DNA of 64,000 nucleotides from Lachnospiraceae bacterium (GCA_024699325.1 JAILPS010000006.1:20419-84418); one strand, 5' to 3'; shown: positions 28,424 through 40,231, numbered from the stretch's first letter. Made by a program: numbers and translations. Notes: a model not told the origin generated them from the letters alone.

Positions 28424-30112
28424 ATGCAGTTAACAGGATCAGAAATCATAATCGAATGTCTCAAAGAGCAGGGCGTTGACACCGTATTCGGATATCCGGG
28501 CGGAACGATCCTTAACGTCTATGACGCTCTTTACAAGCATTCAGGAGAGATTACACATATACTTACCTCGCATGAGCAGGGCGCCAGCCACGCAGCTGAC
28601 GGCTATGCAAGAGCCACAGGTAAGGTTGGCGTATGTATGGCAACATCAGGCCCAGGAGCCACAAACCTTGTAACAGGTATCGCTACAGCGTACATGGACT
28701 CCATCCCGGTAGTGGCTATCACAGCCAATGTAGGTGTCAGCCTCTTAGGTAAGGACTCCTTCCAGGAGATTGACATCACAGGCGTTACAACACCTATCAC
28801 CAAGCACAACTTCATGGTTAAGGATGTCAGAGATTTGGCTGACACCATCCGCCGCGCATTTGAGATTGCCCAGAGCGGAAGACCAGGCCCTGTGCTTGTA
28901 GATATCACGAAGGACGTTACTGCTAACAAGTGTGACTACACACCTGTCAAGCCGGCAACAATCCTTCCTATCACAAACACAATCGAGGAGAGCGATATCG
29001 AGGCAGCTGTTGAGGCCATCAGAGCATCTAAGAAGCCGTATGTTTTAGTTGGCGGCGGCGCTGTCATGAGCGGTGCCAGCGAGCAGGTTCGCGAGTTTGT
29101 CCACAAGATTAACGCTCCTGTTGCAGACACACTTATGGGCAAGGGCGTAATCGCCGGCAACGACGAGCTCTACTCAGGAATGCTCGGAATGCACGGAACG
29201 AAGGCTTCAAACCTTGGAGTTTCAGGCTGCGACCTCTTAATCATCTTAGGTTCAAGACTCTCAGACAGAGTTTTGGGAAGCGCCAGAACATTTGCTTCAA
29301 GTGCTAAGATCCTTCACATCGACATTGACCCTGCGGAGATCAACAAGAACAAGAAGGCAGACTATCAGGTTGTGGGAGATCTCGCAGAGATCCTTAAGTT
29401 ATTAAATGAGAGACTTGAGCCACAGGATCACGAGGAGTGGATTAAGAAGATTGCTGATTACAAGAAGCAGTTCCCTCTCACATTTAATGAGAGCATTCTC
29501 TCAGGTCCATACATCGTTAAGAAGCTCAACGAAATCACAGGCGGCGATGCAATCATCACCACTGAGGTTGGTCAGCATCAGATGTGGGCAGCTCAGTACT
29601 ACAGCTACTTAGAGCCAAGAACACTTCTCACATCAGGCGGCTGCGGCACCATGGGCTACGGTCTTGGCGCCTCAATCGGAGCTAAGATGGCTAAGAAGGA
29701 CAAGTTGGTATTCAACATTGCAGGTGACGGCTGTTTCCGTATGAACATGAACGAGATTGCAACTGCCACAAGATACAACATCCCGATCATCGAGATCGTA
29801 ATCAACAACCACGTTCTCGGTATGGTTCGCCAGTGGCAGACACTGTTCTACGGACAGAGATATTCAAACACAGTCTTAAATGACCAGGTTGATTTCTGCG
29901 GTATCTGCGACGCCATGGGAGCTAAGACCTTCAAGGTAACCAAAAAGGAGGAATTCGAGCCTGCAGTAAGAGAGGCTATCAAGCTCAACATTCCATGTGT
30001 TATCGAGTGTGTTATCGATCCCGATGATAAGGTATTCCCTATGGTTGCGCCAGGCGCGCCTATCGCAGACGCTTTTGACGAGGATGACCTTAAGAAGAAG
30101 GATTTTGGCTGA
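28424..30112 (+). CDS. ilvB: Acetolactate synthase large (catalytic) subunit
   Basis: 562 aa. It has the ThDP-enzyme blocks VFGYPGG and GGCGTMGYGLGASIGAK...GDGCFRMN. No small-subunit gene follows. Confidence 0.93.
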   Translation: MQLTGSEIIIECLKEQGVDTVFGYPGGTILNVYDALYKHSGEITHILTSHEQGASHAADGYARATGKVGVCMATSGPGATNLVTGIATAYMDSIPVVAITANVGVSLLGKDSFQEIDITGVTTPITKHNFMVKDVRDLADTIRRAFEIAQSGRPGPVLVDITKDVTANKCDYTPVKPATILPITNTIEESDIEAAVEAIRASKKPYVLVGGGAVMSGASEQVREFVHKINAPVADTLMGKGVIAGNDELYSGMLGMHGTKASNLGVSGCDLLIILGSRLSDRVLGSARTFASSAKILHIDIDPAEINKNKKADYQVVGDLAEILKLLNERLEPQDHEEWIKKIADYKKQFPLTFNESILSGPYIVKKLNEITGGDAIITTEVGQHQMWAAQYYSYLEPRTLLTSGGCGTMGYGLGASIGAKMAKKDKLVFNIAGDGCFRMNMNEIATATRYNIPIIEIVINNHVLGMVRQWQTLFYGQRYSNTVLNDQVDFCGICDAMGAKTFKVTKKEEFEPAVREAIKLNIPCVIECVIDPDDKVFPMVAPGAPIADAFDEDDLKKKDFG

Positions 30113-30125
30113 TTTAAATTAAACA

Positions 30126-30154
30126 TTTACAATTCAGACCAATAGTGCTATAGT
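30126..30154 (+). promoter_or_regulatory. Promoter TTTACA-N17-TATAGT upstream of serC
   Basis: -35 at 30126-30131 and -10 at 30149-30154. Confidence 0.4.
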
Positions 30155-30216
30155 TTAGTTTAATGCGGTCCCCGACCGACAATATATTATTATAAGTATA
30201 GAAAGAGGATATAAAG

Positions 30217-31298
<1,082 letters not shown>

Positions 31299-31299
<1 letters not shown>

Positions 31300-32465
31300 T
31301 GGCTAAGATTAACTGCTTAAATCCTATCGCTCAGGTTGGTCTTGATAACCTTCCTGCAAACTACGAGCTCACAGATGATTTTGCAGCAGCACAGGGCGTT
31401 TTAGTCAGAAGTGCCAAGATGCATGATATGGAGCTGTCTGACAACCTTCTTGCAATCGCAAGAGCAGGTGCAGGCGTTAACAATATTCCTCTTGACAAGT
31501 GTGCACAGAAGGGTATCGTCGTATTCAACACACCAGGCGCTAACGCTAACGGTGTTAAGGAGTTAGTTATCGCTGGTATGCTCATGGCAGCCAGAGATAT
31601 CGTAGGCGGTATCGAGTGGGTTCAGGCTAACAAGGATGACGCTGATATTGCGAAGGATATGGAGAAGGCTAAGAAGGCTTTCGCTGGCTACGAGCTCAAG
31701 GGCAAGAAGTTAGGTATCATCGGTCTTGGCGCCATCGGTATCTTAGTTGCCAACACAGCAAGACATTTCGGTATGGAAGTATATGGATGTGATCCATTCC
31801 TCTCAGTTAACAACGCACTTAAGCTCTCTAGAGACGTTAAGGTTGTTGGCAGCAACGACGAGATCTTCCAGACCTGCGATTACATCACAGTTCACGTTCC
31901 GCTTATGGATTCAACCAAGGGCCTCATCAACAAGGCTGCCATCGACCAGATGAAGGATGGCGTTGTTATCCTCAACTTTGCACGTGACATCCTCTGCGAC
32001 GAGGAGGCAGTTCTTGCAGGCATCGAGTCAGGCAAGATCCGCAAGTACGTTTCAGATTTCCCTAACGCTACAACAGCAGGTAAGAAGGGTGTTATCCTTA
32101 CACCTCACCTTGGAGCTTCAACAGAGGAGTCTGAGGACAACTGTGCAGTTATGGCTGTTGACGAGATCGTTGATTTCATCGACAACGGCAACATCAGAAA
32201 TTCTGTAAACTATCCTGCAGTTAACTTAGGACCTGCTACAATGCCAGCTCGTGTTTGCGTAGCTCACAAGAACATTCCTAATGTTATCAGCGGTTTCACA
32301 TCTCTTGCAGGCGCTAACGGCGTCAACATCGAGAACATGGTTTCAGCAAGCCGCGGCGAGTACTCTTATGCAATCTTCGACCTTACAAGTAAGGTTACAG
32401 AGGACTTTGTCGAGAAGGCAGAGGCACTCGAAGGCGTACTTAAGGTTCGCGTTATTGAGAAATAA
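31299..32465 (+). CDS. serA: D-3-phosphoglycerate dehydrogenase (2-hydroxyacid dehydrogenase with C-terminal ACT-like domain)
   Basis: 388 aa with the NAD-binding motif GIIGLGAIG. It is coupled to serC by an overlapping stop and start (TAATG). Confidence 0.85.
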
Positions 32466-32476
32466 CCAGATTTTTG

Positions 32477-32506
32477 AGCCTCCGGCCAGCCCGGAGGCTT
32501 TTTTTA
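32477..32506 (+). terminator. Rho-independent terminator after serA
   Basis: AGCCTCCGG-ccagc-CCGGAGGCT stem followed by TTTTTTT. Confidence 0.85.
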
Positions 32507-32515
32507 GGTGATTAC

Positions 32516-33322
32516 ATGAAGAAGAATCTAAGAGGTGTTCACACATTTGTGGTGTGCGCATACAAGGAGAGCCCGTATTTAAGGGAGTGCATACAGTCGC
32601 TCCTTAACCAGAGCAGCATAAGCGACATAATAATCGCAACCTCCACGCCTAACGAGCACATAAGCAGTATAGCGAAGGAGTTTGACATCCCTGTATATGT
32701 GAATACGGGGGAGAGCGGTATCACGCAGGATTGGAACTTCGGCCTGTCGTGCGCGAAGACACAGTTTGTGACTATCGCTCATCAGGACGATCTGTATTTT
32801 GAGCACTACGCCCGCACTGTGGTGGGAAGACTTAAGGCTGTGTCAGACTCCCAGATATGCTTCACGGACTACTGTGAGAGGCGGGGAGACGACTACGAGG
32901 ATGCAAATACTTTGCTATACATCAAGAGACTGCTCTTGCTTCCGATAAGGTTTCCTGGAGCTAAGAACAGAAGATTTGCCAAGAGGCTGATCCTCTCAAT
33001 CGGCTCGTCCATATGCTGCCCTTCGGTCACATTTAACATGGCTAATATCGAGGGACCTGTGTTTGAGAACGGACTTAAGAGCAACGGGGACTGGCAGGCG
33101 TGGGAGAGGCTTTCAAACCAGGCCGGCAGTTTTGTCTACTGTCCATATGTGCTCATGAGTCACAGAATCCACGAGGGAAGCGAGACCAGCGCCATAATTA
33201 ATTCCGGCAGGCGCTCCGACGAGGACCTTGTAATGTTCAGGAAATTCTGGTGTGAGCCCATCGCCAGAGGTCTTGCAAAGGTATACTCCCTGGGAGAAAA
33301 GTCTAACTCTGTCGAGAAGTAG
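32516..33322 (+). CDS. Family-2 glycosyltransferase
   Basis: The track ORF 32474-33322 would read through the terminator. ATG 32516 (MKKNLRGVHTFVVCAYKESPYLRECIQSLLNQ...) gives a typical GT2 N-terminus, with a DD motif in AHQDDLY. Confidence 0.75.
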   Translation: MKKNLRGVHTFVVCAYKESPYLRECIQSLLNQSSISDIIIATSTPNEHISSIAKEFDIPVYVNTGESGITQDWNFGLSCAKTQFVTIAHQDDLYFEHYARTVVGRLKAVSDSQICFTDYCERRGDDYEDANTLLYIKRLLLLPIRFPGAKNRRFAKRLILSIGSSICCPSVTFNMANIEGPVFENGLKSNGDWQAWERLSNQAGSFVYCPYVLMSHRIHEGSETSAIINSGRRSDEDLVMFRKFWCEPIARGLAKVYSLGEKSNSVEK

Positions 33323-33506
33323 CCAAGACTCCCACTCTTTTGTGGAAAACTACTAAAAGAATTACGAAAATACGAAAAAACAGCTCAAAACGGTGAGCGA
33401 AAACGTTTAAAACAGCATTTTGCCTGCGCGTAAATTACAGCACATTTCAAGAAATGTGCACAAAAAAAACACATTTTTGTGTATAATTACATTATAAAAC
33501 TGTGGT

Positions 33507-33518
33507 TTTTGTACAAAA
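33507..33518. promoter_or_regulatory. Perfect 12-bp palindrome TTTTGTACAAAA (copy 1)
   Basis: Self-complementary, with an identical copy 42 bp downstream. Both lie in the AT-rich region upstream of the LacI-family gene. Confidence 0.35.
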
Positions 33519-33548
33519 TAATTTCAGAGATTGATTTATTATTGCATT

Positions 33549-33560
33549 TTTTGTACAAAA
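33549..33560. promoter_or_regulatory. Perfect 12-bp palindrome TTTTGTACAAAA (copy 2) inside the spacer of a TTGCAT-N17-TATATT promoter (33542-33570)
   Basis: Identical to copy 1. The centre-to-centre spacing is 42 bp, about 4 helical turns. Confidence 0.35.
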
Positions 33561-33609
33561 GGGGTATATTATTAACAACGAAAACGATTAAGGAACGCGG
33601 AGGACACAG

Positions 33610-34620
33610 ATGGTTTCACTCAAAGATGTTGCTGGGGCCTGTGGAGTATCAGTTGCCACGGTCAGCAAAGCGTTAAACGGCCATTCAGATGTAGGAGCTG
33701 ACACGGCCAAGCGTATCAAAGAGACTGCCAAGATCATGGGTTATCTGCCCAACACTGCGGCGAGAGCTCTTAAGACCAACAAGACAAACAACCTCGGTGT
33801 GTTATTCTGTGATGACGCACAGAGCGGTTTGACACATACATATTTCTCAAGCGTGCTCGAGGGCTTCAGGAAGGCTGCTGAGGATAAGGATTACGATATA
33901 ACATTTATAAGCAACAACCAGACCACCCACAATCTCTCATACTATGAGCGATGCAGGAGCCGTGGTGTTGACGGAATTGTTATAGCCTGCGTGTCATTTG
34001 ACACACCTCAGATACAGGAGATATTAAACGGAAATATTCCTGTTGTCACGATTGACCGCGTGTTTGACACATGCACATCCATAGTTTCAGACAACGCCAG
34101 GGGTATGCACGATTTGGTTGAGTATGCCATAAGCATGGGACATAGGAAGATCGCCTATGTACACGGTAAGCCGTCAGCGGTTACCGAGACCAGACTTGAG
34201 AGCTATTACGGATGTCTGAAGGCGCACGGCATCGAGGCCAGGGCGGAGTACGTTGTTGAGGGAGATTACCTCGACTATAAGGCATGCTACGACAGGACAA
34301 TCGAGCTTCTAAACCTTAAGGATCGCCCTACATGCATCATCTATCCTGATGATCTGGCATGCATCGGCGGAACCAACGCCATCAGAAGCATGGGACTTAG
34401 CATCCCGGACGACATATCAGTCATGGGATACGACGGAGCTCAGATCGGACAGGTTGTAAGCCCAAGATTCACAACCCTTAAGCAGGACACGAAGCTCATC
34501 GGCGGAACAGCTGCCGACAAGCTCATCAATATTATCGAGCATCCTGAGACCGAGAAGGTGGAGCAGGTTGTTATCGAGGGTCAGCTCCTAGAGGGCGCCT
34601 CAGTCAAAAAACTTAACTGA
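33610..34620 (+). CDS. LacI-family transcriptional regulator
   Basis: 336 aa with the HTH sequence VSLKDVAGACGVSVATVSKALNG and a periplasmic-binding-protein-like effector domain. Confidence 0.92.
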   Translation: MVSLKDVAGACGVSVATVSKALNGHSDVGADTAKRIKETAKIMGYLPNTAARALKTNKTNNLGVLFCDDAQSGLTHTYFSSVLEGFRKAAEDKDYDITFISNNQTTHNLSYYERCRSRGVDGIVIACVSFDTPQIQEILNGNIPVVTIDRVFDTCTSIVSDNARGMHDLVEYAISMGHRKIAYVHGKPSAVTETRLESYYGCLKAHGIEARAEYVVEGDYLDYKACYDRTIELLNLKDRPTCIIYPDDLACIGGTNAIRSMGLSIPDDISVMGYDGAQIGQVVSPRFTTLKQDTKLIGGTAADKLINIIEHPETEKVEQVVIEGQLLEGASVKKLN

Positions 34621-34629
34621 TGAATGATT

Positions 34630-34655
34630 AATGCCGGACCAGGAGGTCCGGCATT
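34630..34655. terminator. Bidirectional terminator between convergent genes
   Basis: AATGCCGGACC-agga-GGTCCGGCATT is a perfect 11-bp stem. Confidence 0.8.
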
Positions 34656-34665
34656 ATTATTGTCA

Positions 34666-36306
34666 TTATAACTTCTTATCTAACTCCTCGCGGCTCATAG
34701 GCTTATAGAAGAGATAACCCTGTGCTGTAAGGCAGCCTGCGTCCTTATAGAACTGCTCCTGCTCCTCGGTCTCGACGCCCTCGGCTATAACCTCCATCTC
34801 CCTGTCGGAGGCGATGTCCATGAGAGTCTTAATCATAAGCTCGATATTCTTATCTCCTATGTGCTCTGTGAGGCTTTGGTCAATCTTTAAAACATTGGCG
34901 CCAAGCTCTGTGAGAGATGTGATGGCGCTGCTGCCGTTGCCAAAATCGTCTAGGGACACTGTGAGGTCGTAGGACTGCATTTTCTCTATGAATTCCTTAA
35001 ACCTTGGATAGTCCTTCACAGGCGGGAGAGAGGTGAACTCTATCTCTATGTAGCTTGGGTCTATTCCGTAGCGGTCTATTATGTTCATGATGCGCTCCAC
35101 GAAACCGTCATCTGAGAGATGTCTGATGCTAAAGTTTACGCTTACGAGCGGTGCGTTGCCATCGTTAAGCCAGTCGAAGAGATCCTGACACACCAGGTCT
35201 AAAACATAGTAGTCTAGTAGGCAGATGCGCTCGTCCTCGTTAAGCTCTGGGAGAAACTCCTCTGGAAGCAAGATCTCGTCGCCGTCAATCCTTCGAACCA
35301 GAGCCTCAGCTCCAAGTATCGAGCGGTCTTCAAGAGACACCTTGGGCTGATAGTGGACTGTGAAGCAGTCGCTTTTTAGAAGCTTGTTAAACTCCTCAAG
35401 TCTGGCGACGGTCTCGTCAACCTTCTCGGTCTTGTCATTAACCGCCTCCCTGCCAATGCGCTCCTGTATGCGCTTGGACAACTCCATAAGGCAGGTCGAA
35501 AAATCCATGGTGCCCTCAGGAATGTCATAGCTGGTCACGTCGGCCTCGATGGTAAGAGGTATCTCCGATGCGTCTGAGGCGATGGCGGTAATGTTGGTTT
35601 TAGAAACCTTCTCGACTATGTCAGCGGCTCTGTCCTTCTTGACCAACATGACGAAGCTGTCGCCGCCGTGTCTGGCAACTGTCTCCTCCGGAAGCATTCC
35701 CGTCTGTAAAAATGCTCCGTATTTCCTGAGAACCTGGTCGCCCATGACGAAGCCGTGGTTAAAATTAATGTCGTTAAATCCCCTGATGTTTATGAGAACA
35801 GCTGTGTATCTTCCGATGCTTCCAACTGTGCAGTGGGCACGTCCCGTGGTGCAGAAGGACACGTAGTTGGGAAGTCCGGTCAGCGTGTCAGTCATGGCAT
35901 TTGACTGTGCGATGTCAGCCAGGCGCAGCCTGCTGGCAAACACATATGTGGTCTCCGCAATCGTTGCGAGACTGGCGATGGCCTTCATGGACCACTGGTC
36001 GCACGACGTGGTCGCAAATATGGTGATCTCGACTATGATCTCGTCCTGCATGATGAACTGGTAGGTCTGGTTAACCTCAGAATTGAAGCTTCGCTTGGAT
36101 TCAAACACAACCATGTTTATGTTTGCGTTCTTCGCGCCTGAGACGAACCCGGGGCGGCGAGGCCTGAAGGATACGTTAACCTTGCCAATGTGAAGCGGAT
36201 GCTCAAGCAATTCAAAAGCCTTCTGAAATCCGTCATTTAGCGAAGTCGGCTGTTCCATCTCATGAAAGAAATTCTGAAAAAGATCCGGATATAATTCTAC
36301 TGCCAT
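34666..36306 (-). CDS. Signalling protein: N-terminal unknown domain + degenerate GGDEF (GGDSF) + EAL phosphodiesterase domain
   Basis: 546 aa. The GGDEF-site sequence is RHGGDSF. EAL-domain motifs are present: EALVR, VNFS, EIEFTS, DDFGNG, KIDQS, EGVETEEQ and QGYLFYKP. Confidence 0.88.
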   Translation of the reverse strand: MAVELYPDLFQNFFHEMEQPTSLNDGFQKAFELLEHPLHIGKVNVSFRPRRPGFVSGAKNANINMVVFESKRSFNSEVNQTYQFIMQDEIIVEITIFATTSCDQWSMKAIASLATIAETTYVFASRLRLADIAQSNAMTDTLTGLPNYVSFCTTGRAHCTVGSIGRYTAVLINIRGFNDINFNHGFVMGDQVLRKYGAFLQTGMLPEETVARHGGDSFVMLVKKDRAADIVEKVSKTNITAIASDASEIPLTIEADVTSYDIPEGTMDFSTCLMELSKRIQERIGREAVNDKTEKVDETVARLEEFNKLLKSDCFTVHYQPKVSLEDRSILGAEALVRRIDGDEILLPEEFLPELNEDERICLLDYYVLDLVCQDLFDWLNDGNAPLVSVNFSIRHLSDDGFVERIMNIIDRYGIDPSYIEIEFTSLPPVKDYPRFKEFIEKMQSYDLTVSLDDFGNGSSAITSLTELGANVLKIDQSLTEHIGDKNIELMIKTLMDIASDREMEVIAEGVETEEQEQFYKDAGCLTAQGYLFYKPMSREELDKKL

Positions 36307-36393
36307 GTTTCCCCTCTCATTTTGTCGTGTTTTCTTACATTTGGCTATATAATAACATATATTTATTTTTTTGTAAATGCAGATATGAGTTTG

Positions 36394-36422
36394 TTGACAT
36401 CCATCTTAAGCTCTGATAAAAT
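36394..36422 (+). promoter_or_regulatory. Promoter TTGACA-N17-TAAAAT upstream of lepA
   Basis: Consensus -35 at 36394-36399 and -10 at 36417-36422. Confidence 0.5.
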
Positions 36423-36479
36423 ACAATGGATTATGGGTAAGTGTCGGCATATTCTACCGTCTGCCCACGGAGGTTAAGT

Positions 36480-38288
36480 TTGGATCAGAGTAAAATCAGG
36501 AATTTTTGTATAATTGCGCACATTGATCACGGCAAATCAACACTTGCCGACAGAATTATAGAGAGCACGGGAACCTTAACTGCCCGCGAAATGCAGGACC
36601 AGGTCCTCGACAATATGGACCTTGAGAGGGAGAGAGGAATAACTATAAAGAGCCAGGCCGTGAGAGTAGTCTATAAGGCTAAGGACGGTCAGGAGTACAT
36701 ATTAAACCTTATCGACACCCCAGGACATGTGGATTTTAACTACGAGGTTTCGAGAAGTCTGGCAGCCTGCGACGGAGCGATACTTGTGGTTGACGCGGCA
36801 CAGGGCATAGAGGCTCAGACTCTTGCCAATGTTTACCTGGCACTTGACCACGACCTTGAGGTCATCCCTGTCATCAACAAAATCGACCTGCCAAGCGCAG
36901 AGCCTCAGCGCGTCATCAACGAGATAGAGGACGTGATTGGCTTAGAGGCACAGGATGCGCCCCTCATATCTGCCAAGCAGGGCTTAAACATTGACCAGGT
37001 CTTAGAGGCCGTTGTGGAGAAGATTCCAGCCCCGAAGGGGGATAAGAATGCTCCACTTAAGGCGCTCATATTCGATTCAGTCTACGATTCCTACAAGGGA
37101 GTTATAATATTCTGCCGCGTGATGGAGGGCACAGTCAGGAAGGGCACCATGATCCACATGATGGACACGAAGGCTGAGGAGCTGGTTGTGGAGGTTGGAT
37201 ATTTTGGCGCGGGCCAGTTCATCCCCTGCGATGAGCTTAGCGCCGGAATGGTTGGCTATATCACAGCGAGCATCAAAAATGTCCGCGACACCATGGTGGG
37301 CGATACCGTGACGGACGCTGACAATATGGCATCAGAGCCGCTTCCGGGCTACAAGAAGGTCAAGCCCATGGTTTACTGTGGACTCTACCCTGCAGACGGC
37401 AGCAAATACGGCGATTTGAGGGACGCCTTAGAGAAGCTTCAGCTAAACGACGCGTCGCTGTTTTTTGAGCCAGAGACTTCTGTCGCGCTAGGCTTCGGTT
37501 TCAGGTGCGGCTTCTTAGGACTCTTACACTTAGAGATTATTCAGGAGAGACTCGAAAGAGAGTACGATCTTGACTTGGTAACCACAGCGCCAGGCGTTGT
37601 GTATAAGGTTTATAAGACGGACGGCACCATGATTGAGCTCACCAACCCGTCAAACCTCCCGGATCCCTCTGAGATTGAGCACATGGAGGAGCCCATGGTC
37701 TCTGCTGAGATCATGGTAACCACGGACTATGTGGGCAATATCATGGATCTGTGCCAGCAGAGGCGAGGAATTTACATGGGCATGGAGTACATGGAGACCA
37801 CCAGAGCCCTTCTAAAATACGAGCTTCCGCTCAACGAGATCATCTATGACTTCTTCGACGCTCTCAAGTCCAGAAGCAAGGGCTACGCGTCTTTTGACTA
37901 CGAGATGAAGGAGTATGTTCCGGCGCCGCTTGTGAAGCTTGACATCCTCATAAACCGCGAGGAGGTGGATGCCTTAAGCTTCATCGTGCATGAGCAGAGC
38001 GCCTACGAGAGAGGCCGCAAGATGTGCGAGAAGCTTAAGGATGAGATACCGAGACACCTGTTTGAGATACCTATCCAGGCGGCTATCGGCAACAAGATCA
38101 TCGCCCGCGAGACCGTTAAGGCCATGAGAAAGGACGTTTTAGCTAAGTGCTACGGCGGCGATATCTCCAGAAAAAAGAAGCTTCTTGAGAAACAGAAGGA
38201 AGGCAAGAAGCGCATGCGCCAGATAGGCAATGTGGAGATTCCGCAGTCAGCCTTCATGAGCGTGTTAAAACTCGACGACGAGAAGTGA
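36480..38288 (+). CDS. lepA: Translation elongation factor 4 (LepA)
   Basis: The track ORF starts at GTG 36441. I prefer TTG 36480 because GGAGG sits 7 nt upstream and the promoter -10 ends at 36422. Motifs include [20 protein letters not shown] (G1), DTPGH and NKID, plus a C-terminal LepA domain. Confidence 0.95.
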   Translation: MDQSKIRNFCIIAHIDHGKSTLADRIIESTGTLTAREMQDQVLDNMDLERERGITIKSQAVRVVYKAKDGQEYILNLIDTPGHVDFNYEVSRSLAACDGAILVVDAAQGIEAQTLANVYLALDHDLEVIPVINKIDLPSAEPQRVINEIEDVIGLEAQDAPLISAKQGLNIDQVLEAVVEKIPAPKGDKNAPLKALIFDSVYDSYKGVIIFCRVMEGTVRKGTMIHMMDTKAEELVVEVGYFGAGQFIPCDELSAGMVGYITASIKNVRDTMVGDTVTDADNMASEPLPGYKKVKPMVYCGLYPADGSKYGDLRDALEKLQLNDASLFFEPETSVALGFGFRCGFLGLLHLEIIQERLEREYDLDLVTTAPGVVYKVYKTDGTMIELTNPSNLPDPSEIEHMEEPMVSAEIMVTTDYVGNIMDLCQQRRGIYMGMEYMETTRALLKYELPLNEIIYDFFDALKSRSKGYASFDYEMKEYVPAPLVKLDILINREEVDALSFIVHEQSAYERGRKMCEKLKDEIPRHLFEIPIQAAIGNKIIARETVKAMRKDVLAKCYGGDISRKKKLLEKQKEGKKRMRQIGNVEIPQSAFMSVLKLDDEK

Positions 38289-38294
38289 TAATAT

Positions 38295-39434
38295 ATGAAA
38301 AACATTGGAATATATATACACATTCCATTCTGTGTGAAGAAATGTAACTACTGTGATTTTCTGTCGGCCCCGGCGGACAACACCGTGAAGGAGTTATACC
38401 TTCGCGCCCTGCAGGGCCAGATTGCCTCCTTCTACGAGGAGGATTACAACAGAAGTCACAAGGTCACAAGCATTTATTTTGGAGGCGGCACGCCATCGCT
38501 AGTGAGCGCGGAGTGGATTGGCAAACTCTTAGACACGGTGAAGAAGTTCTTCGTGGTGGATGACAATGCGGAGATAAGCATAGAGTGTAATCCGGGCACC
38601 GCCGACGAGGAGAAGTTAGAGGGATATCTTGCGGCCGGCATCAACAGGCTCAGCATCGGACTTCAGTCAACCAACGACGACATACTGTGCACTCTCGGAA
38701 GGGTGCATGACTTCTCACAGTTTCTGCAGGTTTACAAAACCGCCAGAAGAGTTGGATTTGACAACATAAACATTGACATTATGAGCGGTCTGCCGGACCA
38801 GACGCTGGAGGACTATTCCCAGACTCTTGACACAGTTTTGAGCCTGGCGCCCGAGCACATATCGGCCTACAGCCTGATTATCGAGCCCGGCACGCCGTTT
38901 GAACACATGGAGCTTAACCTTCCCGACGAGGACACAGAGAGGGAAATGTACTACTTGACGAAGAGGAGACTCGCTGAGTTTGGCTATGAGAGATACGAGA
39001 TATCTAACTACGCCAAGCCGCTTAAGCAGTGCAGGCACAACAATATCTACTGGACGGGCAGGGATTATCTGGGCTTCGGAATAGGGGCTGCATCCCTCGA
39101 CCGCGGTTTTCGCTACAGCGTTGTCAGGGATATCAACAAATACATGGACTTAGCGTTTAAGGAGAAGTGGAGCGACATGTTTGAAAATGTCGAGAAGCTC
39201 ACGGACGCTGACAAAATGTGTGAATACTGTATTTTAGGGCTTAGAAGGTGCGAGGGCGTGTCGCTTAGCCGTTTTGAGGTGAAGTTTGGAAGGAAGCTTC
39301 TGGGAGTTTACGGCGACGTGGTTATGAAGTATGCCCAGATGGGGCTTCTAAGAATCAGCGGCGACAATCTGAGGTTTACCGACAGGGGAATTGATGTGAG
39401 TAACACTGTCCTGGCGGATTTCATGCCGGACTGA
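38295..39434 (+). CDS. hemW: Radical SAM heme chaperone HemW (HemN-like, oxygen-independent coproporphyrinogen oxidase family)
   Basis: 379 aa with CVKKCNYCDF (CX3CX2C) and the conserved lepA-hemW synteny. Confidence 0.88.
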   Translation: MKNIGIYIHIPFCVKKCNYCDFLSAPADNTVKELYLRALQGQIASFYEEDYNRSHKVTSIYFGGGTPSLVSAEWIGKLLDTVKKFFVVDDNAEISIECNPGTADEEKLEGYLAAGINRLSIGLQSTNDDILCTLGRVHDFSQFLQVYKTARRVGFDNINIDIMSGLPDQTLEDYSQTLDTVLSLAPEHISAYSLIIEPGTPFEHMELNLPDEDTEREMYYLTKRRLAEFGYERYEISNYAKPLKQCRHNNIYWTGRDYLGFGIGAASLDRGFRYSVVRDINKYMDLAFKEKWSDMFENVEKLTDADKMCEYCILGLRRCEGVSLSRFEVKFGRKLLGVYGDVVMKYAQMGLLRISGDNLRFTDRGIDVSNTVLADFMPD

Positions 39435-39446
39435 TGAAAGGCAGAT

Positions 39447-40223
39447 ATGTACGAGGCATTTGCTTATTTATATGACGTATTTATGGACAACATTCCCTAT
39501 GAGGAGTGGTGTGAATATTTAAGAAGTATTCTCGTGGAAGAAGGGGTTAAAGAGGGGCTTTTGTGCGAGCTTGGCTGCGGCACGGGCAATATGACAGAAC
39601 TTCTCATGGAGGCAGGCTACGACATGATCGGAATAGACAATTCCGAGGACATGTTGGACGTCGCCAGAGAGAAGCTCTACGAGTTGGAGTTTGAAGGCGA
39701 ACCTCCTATTCTCTACCTGAACCAGGACATGAGAAGCTTCGAGCTGTATGGCACGGTGAGGGCGATAGTGAGCGTCTGCGACAGCTTAAACTATCTGACA
39801 GACAGCAAGGATGTTCTGAAGGTGTTAAAGCTTGCGGCCAACTATTTAGACCCCGGCGGCGTGTTCATATTTGACATGAAGACGGACTACTTCTACAGAA
39901 CGCGCATGGGCGACAACACATTTACAGATGTGAGAGAAGACTGCGCCATGATCTGGGAGAACGAATACGACGAAGCTAACAGGATTAACAGCTACAACCT
40001 CACGCTGTTTGACAGGGATGAGGACGGCAGATATGTAAGAAGCGAGGAGTTTCACACGCAGAGAGCCTACTCCATAGAGGAAATGAGGGCTCTTATCGAG
40101 GAGGCGGGCTTAGAGTTTGTGGCCTCCTACAATGCATTTACGAGGGAGGCGGCAACAGAGACCTCCGAGCGCGTATACTATGTGGTTAGGGAAAAACACC
40201 ACGAGGGAAAGTTATATATTTGA
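39447..40223 (+). CDS. Class I SAM-dependent methyltransferase
   Basis: 258 aa with motif I ELGCGTGNMT. Confidence 0.8.
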   Translation: MYEAFAYLYDVFMDNIPYEEWCEYLRSILVEEGVKEGLLCELGCGTGNMTELLMEAGYDMIGIDNSEDMLDVAREKLYELEFEGEPPILYLNQDMRSFELYGTVRAIVSVCDSLNYLTDSKDVLKVLKLAANYLDPGGVFIFDMKTDYFYRTRMGDNTFTDVREDCAMIWENEYDEANRINSYNLTLFDRDEDGRYVRSEEFHTQRAYSIEEMRALIEEAGLEFVASYNAFTREAATETSERVYYVVREKHHEGKLYI

Positions 40224-40231
40224 GGTAAATT

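Noticed and set aside
32474-32515. N-terminal extension of the GT2 gene. The same issue affects the long track starts at 293, 20776, 45697, 49288(-), 49351, 50241, 56075, 57846 and 58601.
   Set aside because: The extension at 32474 would run through the serA terminator hairpin. In every case an internal ATG with a GGAGG-like RBS gives the family-typical N-terminus.
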